Below the pieces are notes generated by a model. That model saw only the letters and a list, made by a program, of their open reading frames with translations, did no database searches and was not told the DNA's origin. A program made the translations under genes and the position numbers. 64,000 nucleotides of DNA from Vulcanimicrobiota bacterium. GTDB taxonomy: Bacteria; Vulcanimicrobiota; Vulcanimicrobiia; Vulcanimicrobiales; Vulcanimicrobiaceae. The stretch spans positions 480,001-544,000 of the forward strand of contig CAWETW010000003.1 in assembly GCA_963812155.1 (NCBI GenBank), given 5' to 3'. Shown piece after piece: positions 41,953 to 52,091 of the stretch (position 1 is its first letter; each line of letters opens with the position of its first letter).

Positions 41953-42696
41953 CGGGATTTCTCAATCGCGTCGCGGCAGCTGCGGCGGCCCCGCCGCGGA
42001 TGCATCCGCTGTTGGGTTCGTTTTTCGAAGCAGGCAATGCCGGCCGCGAAGACGTGCCGGGAGAGTCCCGCGAGACTAACGTGGAATCGAGCCCGGCGCG
42101 CCGCGAACGGCGGCCGGTTTTCGGTGAAGAGCAGCAGGCACTTCGTCAACCGCAGCCCTTCGCTCGCGCCGCCGATCCGCGCGATGCCGCGCCGCGCGCG
42201 CGGGTGGCGACGAAAGCGGAAATCGTCGAGACTGCCGCCGTTCGCGCCGGCTCGACCGGCGACGCGCGCGGTGCGCCGCCGGTTGCCGAGCCGCAGCGCG
42301 CGCGCGAGACCGCGCCGGAAGGCGTCGCTCCAAATTCCCGCTTCGGCACAGAGCGCCGATGCCGGCCGCCGCAACGCGTTATTGCCAGCGGACGAACGCA
42401 ACGAACCCGTCGTGCACCCGATCGAGTTTGCGCCGCCGCTCGACATGCCCCGCGCATTTGCGCCGGTCGCGCGCGCGAACGAGCCGGCGCCGCTCGCGGC
42501 GCGCAGCGAGCGCGCCGATACGAGCGCTCGCTTCGCGGCTAACGAACGAGACGCCGAAAGCGTCCAGATTCACATCGGGCGCCTCGAAGTGATCGCCGTT
42601 TCCGAGCCGGCGCAACGTAAGCCGTCCAAAAGCGACGCGCCGAAATACATGAGTCTCGACGCGCATTTGGCGCGGCGAAGCGGGCGAGCCGGATGA
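41949..42696 (+). CDS. Ala/Arg/Pro-rich eCIS-associated protein (indel near 42340)
   Basis: Low-complexity middle; C-terminal VQIHIGRLEV...MSLDAHLARR; overlaps both neighbours. Confidence 0.6.
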
Positions 42697-43952
42697 GTAA
42701 CGGGCTCGCTATTGCGGGCGTAACGTACGCGCTGCAATACTCGCTGGTCAACCTCTACAACAACGCCGGCCTTCCGTTCGGCACGGTGAACGTGACATGC
42801 CTCGCGCCCGATCAGGTGCAGAGCGGTTTGGGCAGCCTGACCGGACCGGAGAACCAGGTCAATCTCTTTCTGCATCAGGTGACGCACAACGCCGCCTGGC
42901 GCAACGTCGATCTGCCGTCGCTGGATGGGGACGGCCAGACGCGCTTGCAGAGTCCGCCGCTGGCGCTGAACTTGCACTACCTGTTGACGGTCTACGGCTC
43001 CGAATACTGGCAGGCGGAGGCGCTCTTGGGCTACGCGCTGATGATGCTGCACGAGAACCCGGTGCTCGTTCGAGCCGACATCGCCAACGCGCTGACCGCA
43101 TTGACGAAGAGCCCGGAGCCGTATCCGAGCAACCCGCTGACCAACGTGCTCGGCGGGTGCGGACTTGCCGATCAAGTCGAGATGCTCAAGGTCACGCCCG
43201 AAACGCTGGGACGAGAAGAGATGGCGTGGCTGTGGACGGCGCTGAAGGCCGACTACCGTCCGACATTTCCGTTTCAGGTCACCGTCGTGTTGATGCAGCC
43301 GCAGTTGCCGACTAGCGTGGCGTTCCCCGCGCTGATTCCTAACGTTACCGTAACGCCGATTCAACCGGCGGCGGTGCTCGATATCCAGCCGCCGCGTCCG
43401 CAGATCGTGGCGCAGTCTACCGACATTGTGACCGTCATAGGCGAGTTCCTCAACGGCGCGACGCAAGTCGTGCTCTCTAATTCACGTTACGAAATCGTCG
43501 ACACGATCTTGCTGACAGGCGTGACGCCCACCTCGTTCACGTTCGTTCCGAACGCCGGCTTCGCCAATCCCGCCGGCATGTATTCGCTCACCGTGCAGTT
43601 CCTCGATTCGTCCTCGACGCCTACGCAATCGGTCGGTCCGATGGCTTTCCCGCTCGCACCGACGCTGCTGGATCAGGTTGCAACGGTTGTGTCGAACGCC
43701 GAGGGACGGTTGGTCACCGTCACGATGAGCCCCGACGTGCGGGAAGGCCAAGACGTTTCGCTCTCACTCGCGAGTTTCAGCGCGCCCGCGCAGCCGTTCA
43801 CCGGTAACGTCGGATCGCTCAGTTTTCAGTTCCCGGCCACGCTCCCGAGCGGGCCGGTGCTGGGACGTTTGCAGGTCGACGGCGTGCAGAATCAGGTCCA
43901 GTTCGACCTGACGAAAACTCCGCCGTTCACGGGGCCGATGATTACGATATGA
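42693..43952 (+). CDS. DUF4255 (Pvc16/Afp16-like) cap protein with C-terminal Ig-like domains
   Basis: MSNGLAIAGVT, VNLFLHQV..NAAWRN, PPLALNLHYLLT, LWTAL..YRP. Confidence 0.85.
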   Translation: MSNGLAIAGVTYALQYSLVNLYNNAGLPFGTVNVTCLAPDQVQSGLGSLTGPENQVNLFLHQVTHNAAWRNVDLPSLDGDGQTRLQSPPLALNLHYLLTVYGSEYWQAEALLGYALMMLHENPVLVRADIANALTALTKSPEPYPSNPLTNVLGGCGLADQVEMLKVTPETLGREEMAWLWTALKADYRPTFPFQVTVVLMQPQLPTSVAFPALIPNVTVTPIQPAAVLDIQPPRPQIVAQSTDIVTVIGEFLNGATQVVLSNSRYEIVDTILLTGVTPTSFTFVPNAGFANPAGMYSLTVQFLDSSSTPTQSVGPMAFPLAPTLLDQVATVVSNAEGRLVTVTMSPDVREGQDVSLSLASFSAPAQPFTGNVGSLSFQFPATLPSGPVLGRLQVDGVQNQVQFDLTKTPPFTGPMITI

Positions 43953-45835
43953 GTACCTTGCGTTCGCAGCGTTGGCTCGATGCAAATCAGCGATTTCTCG
44001 TGCGCGAGTTCGAGGCGCTGCGCGCGCGGCTGGGTGAAGAACGGCCCGCGCGCAGCCGCAGTTCCGCCAAGCCGATCGTCCCGGCCGCTGCCATCGACGT
44101 GCTGACGCGCGTGTTCGGCTTGAGCCGATTCGAACGGCAAGTCGTATTGCTGTGCGCTGGAATCGAGATGGATTCGGCCCTGGCGGCGCGCTGTAGCGAG
44201 CTGAGCGGCCGCCCCGCGCGCAGTGCGATCAGTTTCGGTTTCGCGATGGCCGTTCTCGCCGGCGCTCACTGGAGCGCGACGACGCCGTCGAGTCCGTTAC
44301 GGCGCTTTCGGCTCGTCGACATGGAGCCGGGGCACGGCGTGACATCGGCGCCGCTGCGGATCGAAGAGCGCATCCTGCACTACTTGGCCGGCGTCAACGA
44401 TATCGACGAGCGCCTCGCATCGGTATTGCGCGAGCGAACCGCTCGCGAAACGACGCACGACGATCCCCACTGGCAGCTGTCCGGCGATTCGGTGCTCCAT
44501 TTGTGGGGCGACGATCCCCACGGTCACGAGACTATCGCAGCCGCGATCGCGCAACGTGCCGGCTACCGCTCATACGTGCTTCGCATCGAAGATACGCCGG
44601 CCGCCGGTGAGGAGATGGACCGTTTCGTGCAGCTCTGGACACGCGACGCGCTGCTTACGCCGGCGTTGCTCGTGCTGCAATGGGCCGACGACGCGCCGAC
44701 GCCTGCCGCACGCCGGCTCGCAGAGCATTTGCCCGGCCCCCTGATCGTCGCGAGCAGAGATCCGCTGTGGCTGCATCGCGCCTTCACGCAAATCGAAGCC
44801 GATAAAGCCGGTCCGGCCGGACAAAAGCAAATGTGGCGCGCGGCGCTGGGCGCGGAGGCTGCGACGATGCCGGCGGTCGTCGACGATCTTGCGCAGCAGT
44901 TTCGCTTTAGCGGCGAAACGATTGCGTCGATCGCTGCTTCCTCACCGCTAGCAAACGGTGCGCCGTCTGCCGCGGAGACCTCGCGGCTGTGGAATGCATG
45001 TCGCCGCGTATCGCGACCGCGCCTCTCGAGTTTGGCGGAGCGCATCGTGCCGTGCGCGACGTGGGATGACCTCGTGCTCCCCGAGATGCAGAAGCGGATG
45101 TTGCGAGACTTCGGCGATCAGTCGCGTCATCGCATGAGAGTGTACGAAGAGTGGGGCTTCGCTGCGAAGGGGCGCCGCGGTCTCGGATTGAGCGCGCTCT
45201 TTTGCGGAACGAGCGGAACGGGGAAGACGCTCGCCGCCGAGGTTCTGGCGCGCGAACTCAATCTCGACCTGTACAAGATCGACCTGTCGTCGGTCGTCAG
45301 TAAATACATCGGCGAGACGGAAAAGAACCTCCGCCAAGTATTCGACGCCGCCGAGAGCGGCGGAGTATTGCTGCTCTTCGACGAGGCCGATGCGCTGTTC
45401 GGAAAGCGCTCGGCGGTCAAAGACTCGCACGATCGATACGCCAACATCGAAGTGAGTTATCTCTTGCAGCGCATGGAGAGCTTCCAAGGCATCTCCGTTC
45501 TCACGACCAACAAAAAGAGCGCCGTCGATCAAGGTTTTCAGCGGCGGCTGCGTCTCATCGTCGACTTCCCGTTCCCGGACGTGGCGCAGCGCGAGGCGAT
45601 CTGGGCGCGCGTGTTTCCGGCGCAGACGCCGACGCGCGATTTGCAGCTCGGGCGCCTCGCCGCGCTCAACGTGGCCGGCGGCAACATTCGCAACATCGCG
45701 GTCAACGCCGCGTTCCTCGCCGCCTCGTCGGATCGAGCGGTGAGCATGAGCGACGTCCTGCAGGCCGCGCGCCTCGAATCGGTCAAGACCGAACGACCAA
45801 TTTCGGAGCGAGAGATTCGCGGGTGGGCGTCGTGA
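43949..45835 (+). CDS. eCIS AAA+ ATPase (Afp15-like)
   Basis: WDDLVLP, GTSGTGKT, VVSKYIGETEKNL, LFDEADALFGKR, DRYANIEVSYLLQRME. Confidence 0.93.
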   Translation: MSTLRSQRWLDANQRFLVREFEALRARLGEERPARSRSSAKPIVPAAAIDVLTRVFGLSRFERQVVLLCAGIEMDSALAARCSELSGRPARSAISFGFAMAVLAGAHWSATTPSSPLRRFRLVDMEPGHGVTSAPLRIEERILHYLAGVNDIDERLASVLRERTARETTHDDPHWQLSGDSVLHLWGDDPHGHETIAAAIAQRAGYRSYVLRIEDTPAAGEEMDRFVQLWTRDALLTPALLVLQWADDAPTPAARRLAEHLPGPLIVASRDPLWLHRAFTQIEADKAGPAGQKQMWRAALGAEAATMPAVVDDLAQQFRFSGETIASIAASSPLANGAPSAAETSRLWNACRRVSRPRLSSLAERIVPCATWDDLVLPEMQKRMLRDFGDQSRHRMRVYEEWGFAAKGRRGLGLSALFCGTSGTGKTLAAEVLARELNLDLYKIDLSSVVSKYIGETEKNLRQVFDAAESGGVLLLFDEADALFGKRSAVKDSHDRYANIEVSYLLQRMESFQGISVLTTNKKSAVDQGFQRRLRLIVDFPFPDVAQREAIWARVFPAQTPTRDLQLGRLAALNVAGGNIRNIAVNAAFLAASSDRAVSMSDVLQAARLESVKTERPISEREIRGWAS

Positions 45836-46083
45836 GGCGCGTCGACGTGCGCATCGACCGGTTCGTGCTGCGCGGCTTCGATCCAGCCGACGGAAAGGCG
45901 TTTGCGAGCGCTCTTACCGCCGAACTGTCGCGCGCGCTCGCCGATCCGACGCTGCGCATCGCTGCACGCCGCACGCCGGTTCTGCGGCTGCGGATGGGCG
46001 ACGCCGGCGGGCGAAAAAGCGCAGGGTCGCGCGGTGTCGCCGCGCGAGTTGCGACGGCGTTCAGGCGCACGGTCGGATCGTGA
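45832..46083 (+). CDS. Small eCIS-associated hypothetical protein
   Basis: VRIDRFVLRGF N-terminus; translationally coupled on both sides. Confidence 0.6.
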   Translation: MRRVDVRIDRFVLRGFDPADGKAFASALTAELSRALADPTLRIAARRTPVLRLRMGDAGGRKSAGSRGVAARVATAFRRTVGS

Positions 46084-48682
46084 GCGGCGCAGTTCTCACC
46101 ACCGACGTCGAGGCGCTGTCGCCAAGAAACGTTGGCAGACGCGACAATCTCCGCGTTGGCCGCGTAGGACGCGAGTACGAACGAGAAGCGGATCGGATGG
46201 CGGATGCCGTTGCCGGCGATAATGCATTGCCCTCGTTTTCACTGTCGCGAGTCGCGATGACGTCCGTGCAACGCGAGTGCTCCTGCGGAGGCGCCTGCGA
46301 AGGCTGCCGGAGCGACATCCTGCAGCGCAGTCCCAAGACCGAGCATTCTCCTGCATATGCTCCTGCTGCGGCACGCGACGTTCTCCATTCATCGGGGATC
46401 GCTCTCGACGTGCAGACGCGGCGGTTTTTAGAATTCCGCGCTTCGACTACGACTTCGCAAGCGTGCGCGTCCACGACGATTCTTCTGCAGAGCGTGCGGC
46501 GCGGAGCGTCGGAGCGAATGCCTATACCGTCGGATCCGACATCGTGTTCGATCGCGGCAAGTTCGTCCCGAGATCGGAGAATGGTCGCAGGCTGCTGGCG
46601 CACGAGCTTGCCCACGTGGTACAGCAGTCTCGGCTGCCGGAGCGGACGATTCGAAGAGACGAGTCCGGCGATTCGGAGAGCGACGAGCAGCAAAGCAACA
46701 CCGTCTTGGGTAAAGCCTTTGTGGCTGCCGATCATAAACGTTGGGAAGAAGCCGCGCGCCTTTCCAACGGCCTGAGCCCATTCGAACTGCAGACCTACGA
46801 TCGCCACGCTCAAAGATCCGCAGCTCATTTACCAGCTTCACTTGGGTGCGCTAGGAGCGTTGGGCGTCGGTAAGGATTCCGCAGTCGCTTTAGCGACGGA
46901 AGCGAACCTATAGCGCGGTAAAGCGCAAGGAAGACGTGCGGTACGCGCGTGAGCTCGCAAAGCAGAACGGGCAACCGCCGCCGGATGAAGTTGCTCTCGG
47001 CGTGCCGCAAGCACCGCCGAAGCGACTGAGCGTCGAAGAACGCAAGCTTCAGTGCGAACGAGGCCAGCCGGCCGGTCTCAAAGTCTTTCCGCTCCGAATG
47101 CCGCGCGGAATGTGGCGCATCAGTACGGCTCCGATCTCCGCTCGGCGTGTGGGTAATGAGATCGTCGTAAGCCAGCCGCTCAACGCCGTCTACGGCGACC
47201 CCATGTTTAGAAAAGAAGTAAAAACCTTGCCGCTCTCGACGTTTACGGGCGGATCACCCTGAGCCCGACGAGGTCGTGCGCGTTCGCGTCTACGACGACA
47301 ACAACCGTATGATTTGCGTTACCGCCGAACAAATGTTGAAGATCAGCGACGCGACCGACACGCAAGTGTTGATCAGCATTCTGGGAACCGTGCTCGACGC
47401 CGCGTCAATCATGGCGCCCGGTGCGGGTCAGGGCTTGTCCCGAGGCGCCTCGCTGACGTTGGGCGTCGGCAACATTGCCGCGACGGAGGCGCTCGACGTA
47501 GCGCGTCAAGAGTCGGCGGTCCACTACGGTCTTCAAGACCACGTCGACTGGGGATCGATTGCATTTGACACGTTGATACAGGCCGTCACGCTTGGCTTCG
47601 GCGGCAAGTTGACCGACGCAGCGGTGGAAAAGGTAGCCGGCGCGGCGGTAGGTGCGTATTCGCGACCCGCGTTGCGGCTCGCTGTCGAAGCCGCCGTGCA
47701 GGGCTCGATAGCCGGTTTTCAAAGTGCCGCCCGAGCGCTGTTCGATCGGTTACGCGGTGAGAAGAAGAACATAACGGTCGAAGGCTTCATCGAAGAGTTA
47801 GCCGGCGAATTGCAAGAGGCGCCCTGTTTCACGCGATCACGTCGCAGTTCGGAGAGCCGAGCTCCCATCCGGGCGCTCACGGCGAGGGCGAACACTTGGA
47901 AACGCACGGGACACCGGCCGCACACGACACGCAACAAAAACCAACCGTCGAGCATACGATTGAAACACCGACAAAGCCGGCCGGCGATCACGCGGGAGAA
48001 ACGCACGCCAAGCCGGCCGCGGATGATACGGCCGAAAAGAAGGCCCAGCACACTGGGGACGCGCACGCCGAGCCGCAAGCCAAGGCTCACGAAATTGTGG
48101 GTGAGGCGACGGCGGAAATAGCCGGAGATGCCGTTGAGAAAGACGGCAAATTCGAGTTGCACATAAGCGAAAAGCGCGCGCAGCAGATAAAGCGCGGTGA
48201 GAAGGATTTCGTCGCAGACCGCGCTCTCACGTTCGATATCGACGAGGTTCTACCGGTTGGGCAGGAGGGCATCAAACCGCAGCGCGCCGTAGACCGAGCA
48301 CGCAGCGCGTATAATCGACAACTCTTAGATCCCAACACCAATCAACTCAACCAAGGTCTCGGCATCCATCCGCGAGAGCTGCGCGGCACCCGCCGGCCAG
48401 CTTCCAGCGGTGTCCGTCGCGACCGATCCCCACGCATTGATTACGAGACGCTTCAGTGAAGTTCATGAGTTGAAGCGCTTGTTCGATCGCGCTGTGGGCT
48501 CCGTCAAGAATCAGGGCAAGATGAAGCCGACCAAGCTCAAGGAGGCGATCAACCGAGAAACGCGCCGGTTAATCACGGAGGACAAAGGACCGGACGCCGT
48601 TGCCGTTCGTAAGGCATTCAGCGACATCGGCTTCGAATGGCAGCCCAAACGCGGGTTTACGATGATGAAGGGTCCGCCATGA
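46080..48682 (+). CDS. DUF4157 (eCIS core) protein with variable C-terminus; putative effector (several indels)
   Basis: EREADRMAD, CSCGGACEGC, DFASVRVH, AYTVGSDIVF, LLAHELAHVVQQ; then a Gly/Ala hydrophobic region, His-rich linker and basic C-terminal domain. Confidence 0.75.
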
Positions 48683-49340
48683 GTTCGCCGCTTTCACCGA
48701 GGCTCGTAAGAGGCGGTATCGTGACGCTCGACGCGGACACGTCCGTGCTGCAGAGCGTGATCGCGCTGCAGTACAATCCCGATTCGTTGTCGCGCACGCT
48801 GCAGATTCAATCTACGCCCGGCGGCCACGACGGCGTGCGTCGTCGACGCGCTGCGGCTGCGCGGCCCGGCGATCGAAACGATCAAGGTCGAGGCCGAACT
48901 CGACGCGACCGATCAGCTGGAGTTTCCGGAGCAGAATCCGGTGACTGTGCAGTACGGGCTGCATCCGCAACTCGCGCAGCTCGAAATGCTCGTGAACCCG
49001 ACCGTCGAGACGCTGCTCGCGGACGACGCGATGGCCAGCAACGGCACGCTCGAAATCATTCCGCTGGAGCAGGCGCTGACGCTGTTCGTGTGGAGCAGCA
49101 GCCGCGTCGTGCCGGTGCGGCTGACGGAGTTCTCCGTTACGGAAGAAGCGTTCGATCCGAATCTCAATCCGATTCGCGCGAAGGTCAGCCTCGGCATGCG
49201 CGTGTTGAGCGTCGACGACCTCGGATTCGAGCATCCCGGCGGCCGCATCTTCATGTCGTATCTCGACCAAAAAAGAGTCGCTCGCCGCGCAGGCGACCTC
49301 GAACGCGCTCACCGTCCTGGGATTGGGGAGTTTGCCGTGA
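48679..49340 (+). CDS. CIS tube-initiator-like (Afp7 N-terminal-like) protein (indels)
   Basis: IALQYNPDSLSRTL, LFVWSSSRVVPVRLTEFSVTEEAFD..LNPIRAKVSL. Confidence 0.75.
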
Positions 49341-49726
49341 CGTATCCGCTGATGGCGATGGCGCAGCTCGGCGTGCTGCCGTTGGTCACGTTCCCTACCG
49401 ACAGCCGGTACTGCGGTTTCGGCGTGCTGCAATACACTGCGCCGAACGGCGAGGCGATCGCCTACCTCGCGCGCAGGATCGTACCGCAGCCCGGCGCCGC
49501 CAACTACGCGACGATCAACACGTATGTCGTGAAACAAGGCGATCGTCTCGACTTGATCGCGGCCAAGTATCTCGGCGATCCGCTGATGTCGTGGCTGATC
49601 TGCGACGCAAACGGAGCGATGCGAACCGCACGACCTCGTCGACACGCCCGGCCGGACGCTCGCCATCACCGCGCCGCAAGGCATCCCGGGAGGCAGCGGT
49701 GCTCGGGAGCGTTCAGCTTTCGCTGA
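49337..49726 (+). CDS. LysM-domain baseplate protein (3' end approximate)
   Basis: SRY, YLARRIVP, VVKQGDRLDLIAAKYLGDP..WLICDAN. Confidence 0.8.
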   Translation: MTYPLMAMAQLGVLPLVTFPTDSRYCGFGVLQYTAPNGEAIAYLARRIVPQPGAANYATINTYVVKQGDRLDLIAAKYLGDPLMSWLICDANGAMRTARPRRHARPDARHHRAARHPGRQRCSGAFSFR

Positions 49727-50845
49727 TGATCGGTCCGGTCATTCCGCTGACGCCGCCGCGCGCCGTGATGGACGCGCTCGTCGTCGGTCGAGGTCACCGT
49801 CGACGACGTCGGCCCGAGCGGATTCCAAATCGTCTTCAGCATCGACAAGGAGTCGCCGCTTCAGATCCTGTTTCTGCTCACCGGCGGTCTCCCGCTGCTG
49901 TTCATGCGCGTGATCCTCATCGCGACGGTCAACGGGGTGGCCAACGTCCTCATCGACGGCGTCATCACGAACAACGAGGTCGCGCCCGGCGACAAGGGCT
50001 CGAACTCGACGCTCACGATCACTGGGCGCGACCTCACGGCGCTCATGGATCAATCGAAGTGGAGCGGCTTCCCGTTCCCGGCGTGTCCGCGCGAAGCGCG
50101 CGTCGCGCTGCTGCTTGCGAAGTATGCTTTCTTCGGCGTCATTCCGCTCATCATCCCGAGCGTCTTGATCGACGTGCCGCTGCCGATCGAATCGATTCCC
50201 GGCCAGCAGGGAACCGACTTGCAATACATGCGCTCGATGGCCGAAGAAGTCGGTTACGTCTTCTACGTCGAGCCGGGGCCGGCGGTCGGATCGACGTTCG
50301 CGTACTGGGGCCCGCAGATCAAGGTTGGCCCGGTGCAGCCCGCGCTGAGTTCGGACATGGACGCATACACCAACGTCGAGAGCCTGCGCTTCAGCTTCGA
50401 TCAGGAGAAGAACAAGATTCCGCTGGTCTATCTCTACATTCAAGAAACGGGAATCAGTATCCCGATCCCCATGCCGCCGATCACGCCACTCAATCCGCTG
50501 CTCGGCGCGATTCCGCCGCTGCCGACGAATTTGCTGCCGCCCGATCTCTCGCCGTTCCGCGACGATCTCGCGAAGCTGCCGATAGCGCAGGCGATCATGC
50601 TCGGACTCGCGGCCGCCGCGCAAAACGCGGAGGTCGTATCGTGCGAGGGCAGCCTCGACGTCGAGCGTTACGGCAACGTGCTGAGCGCGCGCAAGCTCGT
50701 CGGCGTCCGCGGCTCGGGGCCCGCGTTCGACGGACTCTATTACGTGAAGCGCGTGACGCACAAAATCAAACGCGGCGAGTACAAGCAGAACTTTACGCTG
50801 ACGCGCAACGGGCTCGTCTCGACCGTCAACACGGTGAACCTATGA
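49699..50845 (+). CDS. Baseplate hub / gpD-like protein (indel near 49785)
   Basis: LTITGRDLTALMD, QQGTDLQY..GYVFYVEP, LDVERYG, FDGLYYVKRVTH. Confidence 0.78.
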
Positions 50846-51413
50846 GCGTTACGGCGGAACCGCAGGGCGCGAGCACGGGCACGACCGGCACGCGCCACTA
50901 CGGAAAGTATCGCGGCCTCGTGCTCGACAACATCGATCCGCTGCAGATCGGGCGCGTTCTCGCGCAAGTTCCCGACGTATTCGGCGAACTGCCCGGAAGT
51001 TGGGCGATGCCGTGCGTTCCGGCCGCCGGAATTCAAGCTGGATGCTTCATCGTGCCGCCCATCGGATCGCAAGTCTGGATCGAGTTCGAGCAAGGCAATC
51101 CCGACTATCCGATCTGGAGCGGCGGGTTTTGGGGCCTCGTCGCCGACGTGCCCATCTTTGCCACCGCGCCGCCGGCCATTCCGCCGGGCCAGAACATCGT
51201 GCTGCAGACAACCGGGCAGAACTCGCTCATTCTCAGCGACAGCGTGCCGACGCCCGCGACGGGCGGCATCGTGCTCAAGGGCGCCAGCGGCGCGATGATC
51301 GTGGTGAACGAGACCGGCATCTACATCAGCAACGGACAAGGCGCGACGATCACGCTCATCGGCCCGACCGTCGCGATCAACATGACCGCGCTGCAGAGTC
51401 GTGGGGCCCGTAG
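50842..51413 (+). CDS. Short gp5-OB / gpV spike protein
   Basis: YGKYRGLVLDNIDP..GRV, WAMPC, PPIGSQVWIEFEQGNPDYPIWSG. Confidence 0.88.
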
Positions 51414-51415
51414 TC

Positions 51416-51735
51416 ATGCCGGCACCGATTCTGCACGTCGGCGCGGTCGTCACGTGCGCGCACGGCGGCCAGGCGATTCCCACCGTGCCGAGCACGGCCG
51501 TGTTCGTGTCCGGAACGCCCGTTGCGACCATCGCGGCGCCGTATGCGGTCGCCGGGTGCGCGTTCGTTCCGCCGGGCGGCAACGGCCCGTGCGTCACGGA
51601 CAGTGGGTCGTCGGCGCGCTGCAAGTGTTGTCGCACGGTCAACCGATCGCGATCATGTCGGGCGTCGCCGTCTGCACGCCGACCGGCACGCCGCTGCTGC
51701 CCGTTTCGGCTCAAATGCTGGTGCTGGCGACGTGA
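51416..51735 (+). CDS. PAAR-like spike tip protein (indel near 51600)
   Basis: LHVGAVVTCAHGG, VAGCAF, PCVT; immediately follows the spike. Confidence 0.7.
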
Positions 51736-52091
51736 ACGTCAACTTTCCGTATCAGTTCGACGGTCGCGGGCGAACGCTCGATCCGCAGGCGGACTATATC
51801 CGGCAGCTTGTGGAGCAAGTGCTGTTTACCTCGCCCGGCGAGCGTGTCAATCTCCCCGATTTCGGCAGCGGACTCTTGGCGCTTCCGTTCGCGCCCAACG
51901 GACCCGAAATGGCGGCGGCCACGCAGTTCGCGGTTGCGGGCGCGCTGCAGAAGTGGCTGAGCGCGTTTATCAAAGTCGTGTCGGTCGTGGTTTCGGCCGA
52001 TGAAGCGGTCCTCACGGTTTCCGTAACGTACGCGCCGCTCGGCCAGGACGTCACGCAAGTGCAGACCTTTGTCTACGGCGGCACGACATGA
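51732..52091 (+). CDS. GPW/gp25-family baseplate protein
   Basis: FPYQFD, IRQLVEQVLFTSPGERVNLPDFGSGL. Confidence 0.9.
   Translation: MNVNFPYQFDGRGRTLDPQADYIRQLVEQVLFTSPGERVNLPDFGSGLLALPFAPNGPEMAAATQFAVAGALQKWLSAFIKVVSVVVSADEAVLTVSVTYAPLGQDVTQVQTFVYGGTT

Noticed and set aside
48637..51735. 1032-aa ORF
   Set aside because: Chimeric frame that passes through parts of several real genes because of indels; the intervening stretches are Arg-rich off-frame translation.
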